A DNA stretch of 64,000 bases from Octopus vulgaris (Eukaryota): the NCBI GenBank assembly GCA_951406725.2, contig OX597818.1:121520001-121584000 (forward strand), read 5' to 3'. This document shows positions 25,772 through 37,880 of this stretch, in pieces; position 1 is the stretch's first letter, and each line of letters starts with the position of its first letter. A model generated the notes under the pieces. It searched no databases. It saw only the letters and a list, made by a program, of their open reading frames with translations, and was not told where the DNA came from. Both the position numbers and the translations under genes were made by a program.

Positions 25772-26274
25772 ACTTTTCCATTATTAGACTGGTCTGATTT
25801 AAATGATGTACAAGTATAATATTTATGATTATACTTGTGATTGCTTTGGAATTAAGATTGAAAACATCGACCATGTTTGTAGAAAAAAAAATGGGGGTCT
25901 GTGTTTGCATCTGCTAAGCACTTATGAAGGTTGGCTACGTCTAGAACACCTATGTTCAAAGGGCTGATCAATAAGAGTGACCTACATTTATACGTAGGTT
26001 CCAATAAAAGAAATCTTAATTATCGACGGAGAATAGCCGTTCAATTTAAATTGAGGAATCCGTTAACTGTATTTTCATGAATCAAATAATTTAGTTTAAC
26101 CCATGGTCAGTCTTATTTATGCAGACCTACGACCTATGAAGAATTACATTATCTAAGGTAGGAATGGTATTTGAGGGATATTTGGTATTTATTTCTAGCA
26201 GATCAAACAAGCAAATAGATTCCCTCATTGATACAAGTCAATAATTTCATTTGTTCGGTTTCATCTTGCACCTT

Positions 26275-26890
26275 TTATTTGCTTCAATCATTGGACTGCA
26301 GCCATGCTGGAGCACTGCCTTGAAGGGTTTTTATTGAACAAAACAACCTCAGTACTTAAAAGTCTAGTACTTATTCTATAAACCTCTTTTGCTGAACCGC
26401 TAAGCTACGAGGATGTAAACAAACTAACACAGGCTGTGAAGCGATCTAGGAAGTGGGCAAACACACACACACACACCATTTCTCCCATCTGATGAGAATT
26501 TCAGAATTTTCTACGGGCTTCAGTCTTTCAAAATAGAAATCTAAAGCTAATGGTGGTATGGTATGGCGTTTGCTTCCCAGTCACGTGGTTTCTGATTTTG
26601 TCTTCTACAAGAACTGCGGGGTGACCAAAGCCTTGTGAGAGACGGAACCTGAAAGAAGCTCGTCGTGTGTGTGGGTGTGGGTGGGTGTATACATATACAC
26701 ACAGAGCTTAATAATCGGTGTTGGGTTTTATCATGTTTCTGTAAACCAGCACCCAGCGGTTCGGCACGAGAAACCGATAGAATGACTACCAAGTTTTTTT
26801 TAAAAATAAGTGTCAGGGTCGATTATGTTCGGCTAAAATCTTTCCAGGTAGTGTTCCAGCCTGGCCGCAGTCGGATGACTGAAACAAAAG
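26275..26890. mobile_element. Two oppositely oriented OK-like SINEs
   Basis: Minus-strand tail half at 26275-26480; plus-strand copy at 26550-26890. Confidence 0.75.
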
Positions 26891-28297
26891 TTTTTAAAAA
26901 AATCAAAAAAACATTTGAATACAAATTTATTTCTGTTCTCACAAACTACAATTCTTTGTTGTTAGGATGATTTGAGAAAGAATAGAAAGCCAGGAATACA
27001 TATCTACATTATTTAAGGTGTCCTTGCTTTAATTTAAAACGATGTTTTGTGATTTGAAGGAGATTTGGCTATAGAATAATTGTTCAAGTCGACGTTGTGG
27101 GAGTCCTGTTATTATTCAATGTAGACACGAACTAATTAATGATAATAATCGACCTGATATTTTAGTTCGTGGGGTTAAAGATTACGGGAAACGCTCAAGG
27201 TTACGTTCATATGGTTTATGACACCATTGTTATTTATAAGTTGGTGGTGTGGTGGGTCGGTGGTGGTGCCGAATCGGTTGTGGCAGACCTGTTACTATAT
27301 CAAATTCGTTTGTGTTGTGGCCTTAAATGACACTGGGATCGATTTTGACTTTAGTTGGATATTTTAGCAGTTGAGTCATCATTAAAACAGATTATAACCC
27401 TACCTGGCAAATTTCTGATTTTGTATCAATCGTTTCGTATCGATACCAAATTTTATCATGCTTGTCCAATTATAATAGAGTAGAAAATAACCTAGCTGGA
27501 AACCTTCCGTTTGCTTTTATCCTCCTGTTCAAAGGCGTTCCATATATGACATTTCTACCTTTTTATTCACATATAGTGTATCTAGGATTGCTTTCTGTCA
27601 TAACCGCGTTTCAGAAGAAATTCATAAAAATTTCGCTGCTATTTCTAGCAACTTGAGCGCCCTCATAGCAGCTAATATGCCTTTCATATTAGGTCTACTC
27701 GATCAGGATTGACATTCAGCTAATAACCAGGGACACACCTGGAGTTCTTGTTCCTTTATATAAGTACAGCACCGACTTTTCGGATACGGATGGTCCGGAA
27801 CCTCTTATGATCTGCACTGATTTACATTGATGTACAGGTACCAGTATTGTATTTAATTCCAATATTTGTTTACTTTAGTGTGCGTTGACCAAGGTAACCA
27901 CACCTTGTTCAAGAAAAGAAAATCAGTAAATCGGAAAGGCCTTTACGCCAAATCTTCCAAGAAATCGATGCTTAGAGATGCGATAAGACACAACAGGTGG
28001 GCACTAGAAAGAATATTAGGTGGTTGTTCTTTTGATTACGCGAAATACACAACTTATAAAACTTGAAAATTTACATTAGGTGAAAGTAAAGAATACGTAC
28101 ACCCGGTGTTTAGGGCTCGGTCAGGATTAGGGTTTTTGTTACACCGAAAACGGGTGGTGTACATATTCTTTACCTCAGTCAAGTCCTAGGCTTCCACAGT
28201 TACTAAGGAATGCTTATTTTCTATTTACATTTTTAAAACAGTTTATATACATTCCATAGATTTAATTGTTACATTGTAGTTATCTTAAAGCAAGCTT

Positions 28298-28875
28298 AAG
28301 GCGGCGAGCTGGCCGAATCGTTAGCACGCCGGACGAAATGCTTAGCGGTATTTCGTTTGCCGCTACGTTCTGAGTTCAAATTCCGCCGAGGTCGACTTTG
28401 CCTTTCATCCTTTCGGGGTCGATTAAATAAGTACCAGTTACGCACTAGGGTCGATATAATCGACTTAATCCGTTTGTCTGTTCTTGTTTGTCCTCTCTCT
28501 GTTTAGCCCCTTGTGGGTAGCAAAGAAATAGGTATTTCGTCTGCCGCTACGTTCTGAGTTCAAATTCCGCCGAGGTCGACTTTGCCTTTTATCCTTTCGG
28601 GGTCGATTAAATAAGCACCAGTTACGCACTAGGGTCGATATAATCGACTTAATCCGTTCGTCTGTTCTTGTTTGTCCTCTCTCTGTTTAGCCCCTTGTGG
28701 GTAGTAAAGAAATAGATATTTCTTCCGGCTTTACGTTCTGAGTTCAAATTCCGATGAGGATGAATTTACCTTCCATTGTTTCGGGGTCGACAGATTAAGT
28801 CCCCGTTGAATACTGTAGTTGATTTAATCGACTTACTCCTGTCTTCAAAATTGCTGGATTTGTACCTTAATTAGA
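28298..28875 (+). mobile_element. SINE tandem array (head + A + A + degenerate B)
   Basis: Units start at 28348, 28532 and 28716 (184-bp period). Confidence 0.92.
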
Positions 28876-29185
28876 ATTATTTAAAAGTACGTCTAGAAAT
28901 AAAAACCATAACTGGATCAGGGCTGACCTTCATCTATACACCTGAAACTTTTTTTTCCTAGATGGTTGTATTAAGAAATTTCTTGAAACTCACAAAGCTC
29001 ACTTCTTTAGGCTACCCGAAAATGTAACGCTCTGAATTACCTCCAGTAATCTTGTGTGTGTAGTAGTAGTAGTAGTAGAGGTGGTAGAGGTGGGAGCACT
29101 TTGGGCAAGTGTCTTCTACTATAGCCTCTGGCCGACCAAAGCCTTGTGAGTGGATTTGGTAGACGGAAACTGAAAGAAGCCCTCC

Positions 29186-29221
<36 letters not shown>

Positions 29222-29257
29222 GTATGTATAAATGTATGTATATTATGTGTATGTATG

Positions 29258-29995
29258 TCATTATTCGGTTTCTTTCAAGATTTCTTGCTAATAAAGAACT
29301 GGTTTCTAACCTAGACCCAAGGCTCCTCCTAGGAATTTTATCATCAACAACAGGGTATTTTTGCATGTATGTAAGTGCAGATTTGTATGTTTTATGTATG
29401 CATTCTCATGTATAGAGTTACATATCTAGACATGCTCATATATATTTAAATGATAAAATTCTAGAAAGTTTTACAGATTTTTATAGTTCCGGTGATAGAT
29501 TGGATCTATAGTCTTCGAATTAGCTTTCTCCTTTCTAGTTTTGAGAAGCCTAATTTCTCAAGATTGGTATTTAGGCAGTGTATTTCAACCCCAGGGCCCC
29601 ATTAATTACAGGTATAAACTTGAACTTGTAATCTGGATAGAGTAACTGTAAATTTTTCAATAGTACAGCATAGGTGTTCTCTTTTTCACTGATCTTCAGC
29701 TTTATGTTAACATCCCAAGGGCAGCTAATTTCTACAACTGTGCACAGTTTCTCTTCTATATCTCAAATCATTATATCAAGTCTGTTATGCTTACATTTTA
29801 TTGAGGTCTTCACTGGTACATTACACCAGTATTCCTTTTTATTAAATGTAGCTATGGCTTCAACCATATTGTGGGCCAGTTTTATTGAATACAAAGAGTT
29901 CTGAGGTCAAAAATTTCTGTAATCGACTGTAATATTCTTTAGTGACACGTGCTTAGTTACAGGTTTAGGAAGGTTGTGGATTTTTTTTTTTCGTA
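29258..29995 (-). mobile_element. R4/Dong-like non-LTR retrotransposon 3' end (restriction-like endonuclease)
   Basis: EYWCNVPVKTSIKCKHNRLDIMI*DIEEKLCTVVEISCPWDVNIK...KENTY...IQSITGTIKICKTF; the 3' end abuts the TATG/TA microsatellite of an OK-like SINE (29095-29257). Confidence 0.82.
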
Positions 29996-31950
29996 TCGAA
30001 GTACGATAAAATGAAAAAAGTTCTTTTTTATGTTTCACGGTAGGCGACCAGGGTTGCTGAGTGTGCTCATAAGAATACAAGAGCTAAGGAACGGAATAGA
30101 TAAGATCTGGGCTACATATGTTCCGCTCGCTATGAAATATATGTAGCCCAGATCTTTATCTACTCCACTCCTTAACTTGTGTGTGTGTGTATGTGTGTGT
30201 GTGTGTGTGTATGTGTGTGTATATATAATTACACAACAGTGTAATTTAACCACACACTTTAGCATTTAGTTGATGTGCGTGGCCTATTGGTTAGGGTGTT
30301 ATGCTTTAGATTGTTTGATCGTGTGTTCGAAACCTGGTAGCGTATTATGTCCTTGAGTGAGGCATTTCATTTCAGGTTATTCCAGCACTCAGGCTCAAAA
30401 ATAAGTACCAGTGGCCCTTGGGTTTAACTCCGATGGATTGACGCCCCGTTCAGTGGTGGTAAGCCATGTATTTTCAACTTCAATGGTTAGGCTCTAGCCT
30501 CATGGGTTTGTAGGCTCAAGGTAAACTTTAATATGAGCAAACATTTTCTGATTTTTTTTTTTTTTTTTTTTTGCAACTTACTTAGCAAAATCACTAGTTC
30601 CGGTGATGCGAAAATATCGCCCAATACACGCGGTGAGGTGGTTGACGTTAAGGACACCCGGCCGCAGAAACCATACCATAACAAACATTGAAGCTCAATG
30701 AAATCTAGCAGCTCGCTGGATCCTGTCAAACCGTCCAACCCATGCTAGCATGGAAAACAGACGTTAAATGATGAGGAGGAAGAATACATAAGAAATGTAT
30801 TTCGTCACTGTTGTTGATACCCGAGAGAGCAAAATTGCTCAGTTTGCCTTGACCCAAAAGGGCTTCTTTATTCATTTTTTTAAAAACCGTTTTGAGTTCG
30901 AAAATGACTACCCTATCATATTCTGTGGGCTATATCTTTCATTGTACAACGATTTCTATAGTTGAAAAACAAAATTACAAGACGAACGAAAACTTCTTTT
31001 CTGTTTTTTCCCCAAAATTCACTGAAATACAGAAAATCTTTTCCCAGGCTTCTTGAGGCTGTTAAAGATATTTTACGCAAAATTTCTTTGCATTTGTCTT
31101 CTGGCAAAAAGGAATTCAAAATGTATTACTAAGTTACTGATAAGCTTGTAAGACATAAATCAGTTTGTCTATAACCACCAGAAATGTTTGTTTTACATTT
31201 TTGAGAATGGATGTGAATTGTCTTTAACGAGGATCTCAATAAAGTTAGAACTATGGTATCACCTATGCGCAAATCTAAAAATAGGTAAATTCCAAGTATA
31301 TTTATGATGACAGCTATCATAATAAACAAATCCTTACAACTCTCTCTTTCTCTCTCTCAAAGAACCGAGGGAGCCTCTATGTATACCCACCACTTGCTAG
31401 AAATACTCGTCAAAATCCTTCATTTTCTATTTTAAAGGGAGGACACATTAAACATAATGCTTGATATGCGAAGGAAGAAAGGTCAAGCTGAAACAGCTTT
31501 GATCATAATACTCATTAAGGACTCTCCTAGGGCTAAATTATATCGTGTACTTGTTATGAAACTCTGTTCAACATATTGCAAAGAAACATTGTTAAAAAAT
31601 AAAAAGCAATAGTAACTCATAGCCTTTAACATCACAAACAGTGAGTGATACCGTTGATGTTTGGCAATAATGTATTCATGGTTAGTGATGGTGTCGAGTT
31701 CGCCAGAACAGAGTTGTAAGACTCGAAGGCGCGCAAATTGTTCTTGCTTTCACTGTGTTTCTTACTAATGGTTGCAAATCAATCTTCTTTTTTTGTGTGT
31801 CTTAACATGTTCGAGTATTTTCGCCGCTCTAGATATGCGAGAAGTATATCAACGTAATGCCGCATATTTAGCATTTATGAAAAACAACTTGCAGCTGGTC
31901 AACAACTACGCAGAAATGGCAATGCTTCCTATCGCTGAAGAGAACAAAAC

Positions 31951-32362
31951 CTATTTCTTTACTGCCCACAAGGGGCTACACACAGAGCGGACAAAAAAGG
32001 ACAGACAAACGGATTAAGTCGATTATATCGACCCCAGTGCCTAGCTGGTACTTATTTAATCGACCCCGAAAGGATAAAAGGCAAAGTTGACCTCGGCGGA
32101 ATTTGAACTCAGAACGTAGCGGCAGACAAAATACCTATTTCTTTACTACCCACAAGGGGCTAAACACAGAGGGGACAAACAAGGACAGACAAACCGATTA
32201 AGTTGAATATATCGACCCCAGTGCGTAACTGGTACTTAATTTATCGACCCCGAAAGGATGAAATGCAAAGTTGACCTCGGCGGAATTTGGACTCAGAACG
32301 TAGCAGTAGACAAAATATTAAGCATTTCGACTCGGTGTGCTAACGATCCTGCCAGCTCGCCA
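31951..32362 (-). mobile_element. SINE dimer (head + A + A)
   Basis: Two ~184-bp units. Confidence 0.9.
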
Positions 32363-32639
32363 AGATTCTGAAGGCCCTCCTTGGTCAAAATCTAAATGTG
32401 TAAGGATGAAAGACGTCCTCTATAAAGGAAAACGAGTGGTCACAGATAGTAAGCATTTATGAATGTAAAAGATAGAAACAAACTCTAAAATGCTCCAAAC
32501 TTGATACCAAGCGGTTCAGAGATGTACTTGATATGTTCATGTGTAGCTCCAGGTCAACCTTGAAGATGAGGGCATATGATCAAAGACATTTCATGACCTT
32601 TCATCTCTTTTAGGGAATCGGGTAAAGGATAAAAAAGTA

Positions 32640-32952
32640 AAGACCCTCTTCGGTCATGAATGACCACGGCATTGCACCTAGAAAGTTACCCTCCGAAATA
32701 CAAGTCCGGAAAATGTTGTTTATGGAAGACCAACAGTTGCCCATGTATACCAATCTTCCCTCTCCACACTACCGATGTTATCCAAGGCAAATTCAAAGGC
32801 ACCAGTAATGTGGCAACTCATTTTTACAGCTGGAGCAACAGGAAATAAGGTGTTTTGCTCAAGAACACAGCATACATCCCGGTCTGGGAATCGAACTAAT
32901 TACCTCATGATCGTGAGACCGACGCCTTAACCACTGAGCCATGCGCCATCAC
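32640..32952 (-). mobile_element. tRNA/CORE-like SINE with a distinct tail (tail 3)
   Basis: Minus strand GTGATGGCGCATGGCTCAGTGGTTAAGG head, TGTGTTCTTGAGCAAAACACC CORE-like body, unrelated 3' part. Confidence 0.7.
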
Positions 32953-33989
32953 AGTATCAAAGACTACATTATTTAATACTCTTCTATTATTAAGAGATAA
33001 ATAAGGTGTTATGTGATGAAGATTTCAATGCGGTTTCTTTCAGGTCGAAATTATTTAAGGGGCATTTCGACGTTTTGTACATGACGCTTGTTGCATGTGT
33101 GATAACATAGGCCAATATAAATTATCCTTTTCCTTGTTTCAGTCAATAGGCTGCTGCCATGCTGGGGCACTGCCTTGAAGGGTTTTAGTTGGACAGATCG
33201 ACTCCAGTACAAATCTGGTATTTATTCTATCGTCCTTTTTGCTGAACCGCTTAGCTGGGGACATGCATCAACCAACACTGGTCGACAAACAGTGACGAGG
33301 GACAACTACATATACAGATATATATCGACACGGCGAGCTTTAACACAGTTCCTATCCACCAAAATATCTTACAAGACATTGGTCAGCTCAGGGCTATAGT
33401 AGAAAACACTTACCCCAAGGGATGCACAGTGAGATTGAACTTGAAAGCACGTTGTCGCAAAGCGCTTGCTTGAACCCTATATCAGCATAAATTAGGGAAT
33501 GGAAAGAATGATTTATCAACTGATGGATCGAACGGTCAGTACTCTCACTACATTTTTATTCAGTTCACATCAGCGAACCTTCTTAAAATTTGATAAAACT
33601 GGATCCTTTATTCTACATTGTATGTGGCAAACGACAGCTCTCTACCTGAGTGGACGATAATGTTCTAAAACATGACTTAAGTCTATTCCAGCTCATGCTA
33701 AGCTAGACATGACTTGGGCCAACAATGGTCAAATCTTGACTCAACTTTTTGCCATATTCCCGTGGTATCCATGCATCATATGTGATACATTCTCTACTAT
33801 TTTCTATCGCCAGAGTAACTTGTGACATGAAAGAAAAGCTTTGCATTACTTAAACCGTACGAAACAAAGGCTAAAGAAAAACATGGACATTCAGATCAAA
33901 CTTATGAAAATACTTTGAACAGACTTAAGGTCAATTTATAGTTGTTATAGTCAACATTACTTTTCATCACTCAGTGATTAATAAAATAA

Positions 33990-34260
33990 AGACCGGATAT
34001 ATTTTCTGAGAGACCTGCATGGGGTGGATGCAGATGTCTTTAAAATAAAGCTGGACCTCTTCCTGTCAGGTGTCCCAGATGAACCAACTTCACGGCAGGA
34101 GGTGCAGATGAGGGCAGCTGCATCAAACTCTCTCATGCACCAAATGTCAATTGCTAAAAAGCATTCGTCGTGAAGTAAAATCATGTAGCAACACTGAATG
34201 GCGGTGCCCCAGCATGGCCACAGCTCGTGAGCTGAAACTAGATGAAATGAAATGAATGAA
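33990..34260 (+). mobile_element. 3' end of a young CR1-group LINE
   Basis: LRDLHGVDADVFKIKLDLFLSGVPDEPT...RAAASNSL, 3'UTR and (ATGAA)n. Confidence 0.82.
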
Positions 34261-35254
34261 AATAACAAAAATTCGGGTAAAGTCTGCTGAGATTTTGAAT
34301 GTTTGCTGGTATGTACTGGTCTAGACTTTACCCTGAAACTCAGAAGTTACTCAGATATTCACCGGGGACAATAGTAAAATCAACAGGAGCAAACCACATA
34401 ATAAAATAAATACTGCAATTGTAATAACTCCAGACACCAACTCTTCTCAAAACAAAACAAAAATCCTTTTTAGTCATGATGAATCTAGTAAAAATAAGAA
34501 AAAGAAAAAAAACCTTTTAACTCTCACACAGTACCAACCATTGCTGTGACCCGGTGCACAAACACACCATTGTTGTCGTTAAACCACAAACCAAATTCAA
34601 TAATACTGAATGCACAAGGTCTCTCACACTTCACAAACCGAACGAAAACATATCTCAGAGACCTTGCATGCAGGAAAGGCAACATATGTAGCAGCACTAA
34701 GTGAAACCCACCTGACCCCAGATATTGGATGCGGAAATGCATATGTCAGATTGTTTTACACGGAACTGATTGCAGGATACGAAAACAAAAGGTAGTAGCA
34801 CTCTCCATCCGTAAAAACCTAGCAATAAGTCTTCTCCTTTCCTCTCTTACTCCAACAAAGTGTGCGGTACATTAATAATACATGTGATTGGCCTCAGTTT
34901 GATCATAGGCATTATCTACCGCTCTCCTGATGCGGCTAACCACGGAGATCAATTCAGGGATGCTTTATCTATCGAGAGTTAAAACCCTAAAATGAGGCCA
35001 ACCCACAAGCCAATGTACTTTTAACAGGTGACTTTAATTTCCTTATTGTCAGCTGGCCTCATGGCTTTATCCAGCCTGCAACTAAACATGTGAGATATAT
35101 GAACGGTCTCACTATCACTAAAGACTTCCTAGTGCAACGAGACATTGCTTCACCAACTAGGAGAAATAACATACTCGACCTAGCCTTTATCACCAATACA
35201 GACTTCATTCATAATGTTCAGGTTATTCCAACAGCTATTTCTCACCATATTATA

Positions 35255-35515
35255 AAAAAAATAATAAATGCGACCTTTTAAAGCCTAGCCAGGCTCGGGG
35301 GCCCGATTTCCCGGTTTCAATGGCGTATGTGTTCCCCAGCTGGACGGGACGCCAGTCCATCGCAACGTTACTCATTTTTGCCAGCTGAGTGGACTGGAGC
35401 AACGTGAAATGAAGTGTTTTGCTCAAGAACACAACGCATCGCCCGGTCCAGGAATCGAAACCACAATCTTACGATCATGATGCTGACACCCTAACTACTT
35501 AGCCACGGGCTTCAC
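35255..35515 (-). mobile_element. tRNA/CORE(Nin-DC)-like SINE (body Y, tail 2) nested in the LINE
   Basis: Minus strand TGTTCTTGAGCAAAACACTTCATTTCACGTTGCTCCAGTCCACTCAGCTGGCAAAAATGAGTA, then GCGATGGACTGGCGTCCCGTCCAG; approximate TSD CACCAYATTATA. Confidence 0.82.
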
Positions 35516-35834
35516 CACATTATACAATTATCTATGTATGATTCAGAGGACAACACGCACAAACATGATTCACTCCTCATGAATTTGAATTACAGGAAAG
35601 TCACGTGGAATGAAATCGAAACTGAAATCTTTAAAAGCAAACTGGTTTCAGAATATTGGCAACTTCAATGGCAACGAGGGAATGAAGTTTTCCTACAAGG
35701 ATCTAATTAAAATTTGTCGAAAGTATATCTCATACAAACTCACTTATTCCCGCAAGATTTTGATTCTACGAGATAGATGGATACTAATGTATAATAGAAC
35801 CAGACTAACAAACCAGCTAAAAAAAAAAATCAAC

Positions 35835-36205
35835 GTAGCTTGCTTACCAACCACATGGTTCCGGGTTCAGTCCCACTGCGTGGCATCTTGGGCAAGTGTC
35901 TTCTGCTATAGCCTCGGGCCGACTAATGCCTTGTGAGTGGATTTGGTAGACGGAAACTGAAAGAAGGCTGTCGTATATATGTATGTATGTGTGTGTATAT
36001 GCTTGTGTGTCTATGTTTGTCCCCCTAGCATTGCTTGACAACCGATGCTGGTGTGTTTACGTCCCCGTCACTTAGCGGTTCGGCAAAAGAGACCGATGGA
36101 ATAAGTACTGGGCTTACAAAGAATAAGTCCCGGGGTCAATTTCCTCGACTAAAGGCGGTTCTCCAGCATGGCCGCAGTCAAATGACTGAAACAAGTAAAA
36201 GAGAG
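35835..36205 (+). mobile_element. OK-like SINE nested in the LINE
   Basis: Well-conserved copy with internal (TA/TG)n and tail GGCGGTtCTCCAGCATGGCCGCAGTCAAATGACTGAAAC. Confidence 0.88.
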
Positions 36206-36694
36206 AGTAAGAGAGATTTGATTGCGAAAAAAAAATATTGGACTGGACTTAACGATATCTTATAAGAAAGAAACTTCGCTGAAGGAATACAGACCAGTGC
36301 AGAACAGTCACATTCCAAGTTCTTTTCCCACTCTGCTATACAAAAATCTTCTACAATTAACCAGACTGGCTCTCTAATGGATCATATACTAATGGTTCAT
36401 CACAAATATGCGTATTCTTTAGTCAAAATTACAACGATGCATTTTCCCAATCCATAGTCAACAAAATAATACGTAATCCAAATGAATTCTCGGATCCCTC
36501 AGAATTCAGCTGCAAAGACATGTCTAGAAATTAATGATGTTACGGAATATGATACGCTTGCAGCTATTAATGGCCTAAACTCAAATTCGGCATCTGGACC
36601 AAATGGTTTCCCAGGTATATTGTTATAAACGCGCTGCAAAAACAACCTCGCCAAACCATTAAAGATGCTATTTAAAGGGTCGTTACATAACAGC

Positions 36695-37022
36695 GCGTGA
36701 AGGCACGTGGCTTAGTGGTTAGAGGCATTCGACTCATGATCGTAAGGTCGTGAGTTCAATTCTCGGTGGCGCGTTGTGTCCTTGAGCAAGACACTTTATT
36801 TCACGTTGCTCCAGTCCACTCAGCTGGCAAAAATGAGTAGTACCTGTATTTCAAAGGGTCAGCCTTGTCACACTCTGTGTCACGCTGAATCTTCCCGAGA
36901 ACTACGTTAAGGGTACATGTGTCTGTGGATTGCTCAGCCACTTGCACGTTAATTTCACGAGCAAGCTGTTCCGTTGATCGTGTCAGCTGGGACCCTCGTC
37001 GTCGCAACCGACGGAGTGCTCC
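36695..37022 (+). mobile_element. OR2-like CORE SINE (body Y, tail 1) nested in the LINE
   Basis: tRNA head, GTGTCCTTGAGCAAGACACTT CORE-like body, then the same 3' ~180 bp as the OR1-like copies. Confidence 0.85.
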
Positions 37023-37189
37023 TATACATACCGGCATATTCCCAGAACTACTGAATGACGCAATATTAACAGCTATACACAAAGAAGGCAGTAGAGCTAA
37101 AGCTAAAAATTAGACTTGCTTCTCTCACATCACATGCATCTAAAATTGTTGAACGCATTGTCAGAAAGAGAATAATTACGTACCTGGAG

Positions 37190-37880
37190 CAGTGGCGGCT
37201 CGTAGAAAAATTAGTGGGGGTGCTGTTTCAGAAAATTTTTAGTTGTTTCAATATTGTGTAAAAAGAAAATTTATACATTAACTTGATCGGTTCACATTTT
37301 AGCCACTGCTGGGTAGTGTGTTTAATTTGTTCACTGAACATCGCCGCGAATTCCCCCTTGTTTTTCAAAAATCCACCACCAAACTAACAAAATAAGGGAG
37401 GGAAATGCACCCTATTTTTCAAATACTGTCAGCAACACTGAAGCTGGAAGCAGGATAATAATCTAATTCTACACTTTATCACATTCAAGAATGTAAACGC
37501 GTTTTTTTAAGCACAACACACGCGGAATCAAAAGGAAACACTATCTTTCACCGGAACACCAGGGTCGGCACTGTCGTTCACGCAATGCTCTCTCTCCCTA
37601 GCGTGCAGCTTCCTATCTCTGACATGTGAGCATGTGCACAACAGCCAAGCACCGCGGCGCAGGAACTGTGAAGCACGCAGTTCTATACAAGGATTTTTGT
37701 ATTTTTTCTTTTCATAAACTGAGGGATGGCTACTGACACTACGCTTAAGAATTTTATAATGTACAAGTATAAAGAAAGAATTAAAGAAAAAAGGACTTAT
37801 TATATTGAATGTTATCGATGACATCGAATGGAAATAGGGGGTACTGCAGTTTCGCAGTGCTGAAACACGAGCCGCCACTG
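37190..37880. mobile_element. Non-autonomous hAT DNA transposon (691 bp)
   Basis: Perfect 14-bp TIR CAGTGGCGGCTCGT; 8-bp TSD ACCTGGAG at 37182-37189 and 37881-37888; removing it restores the LINE frame IITYLE-KNII. Confidence 0.93.

Noticed and set aside
31772-32017. ORF with a signal-peptide-like N-terminus
   Set aside because: It starts at a non-ATG codon (TTG), runs into a SINE and has no recognisable family or splice support.
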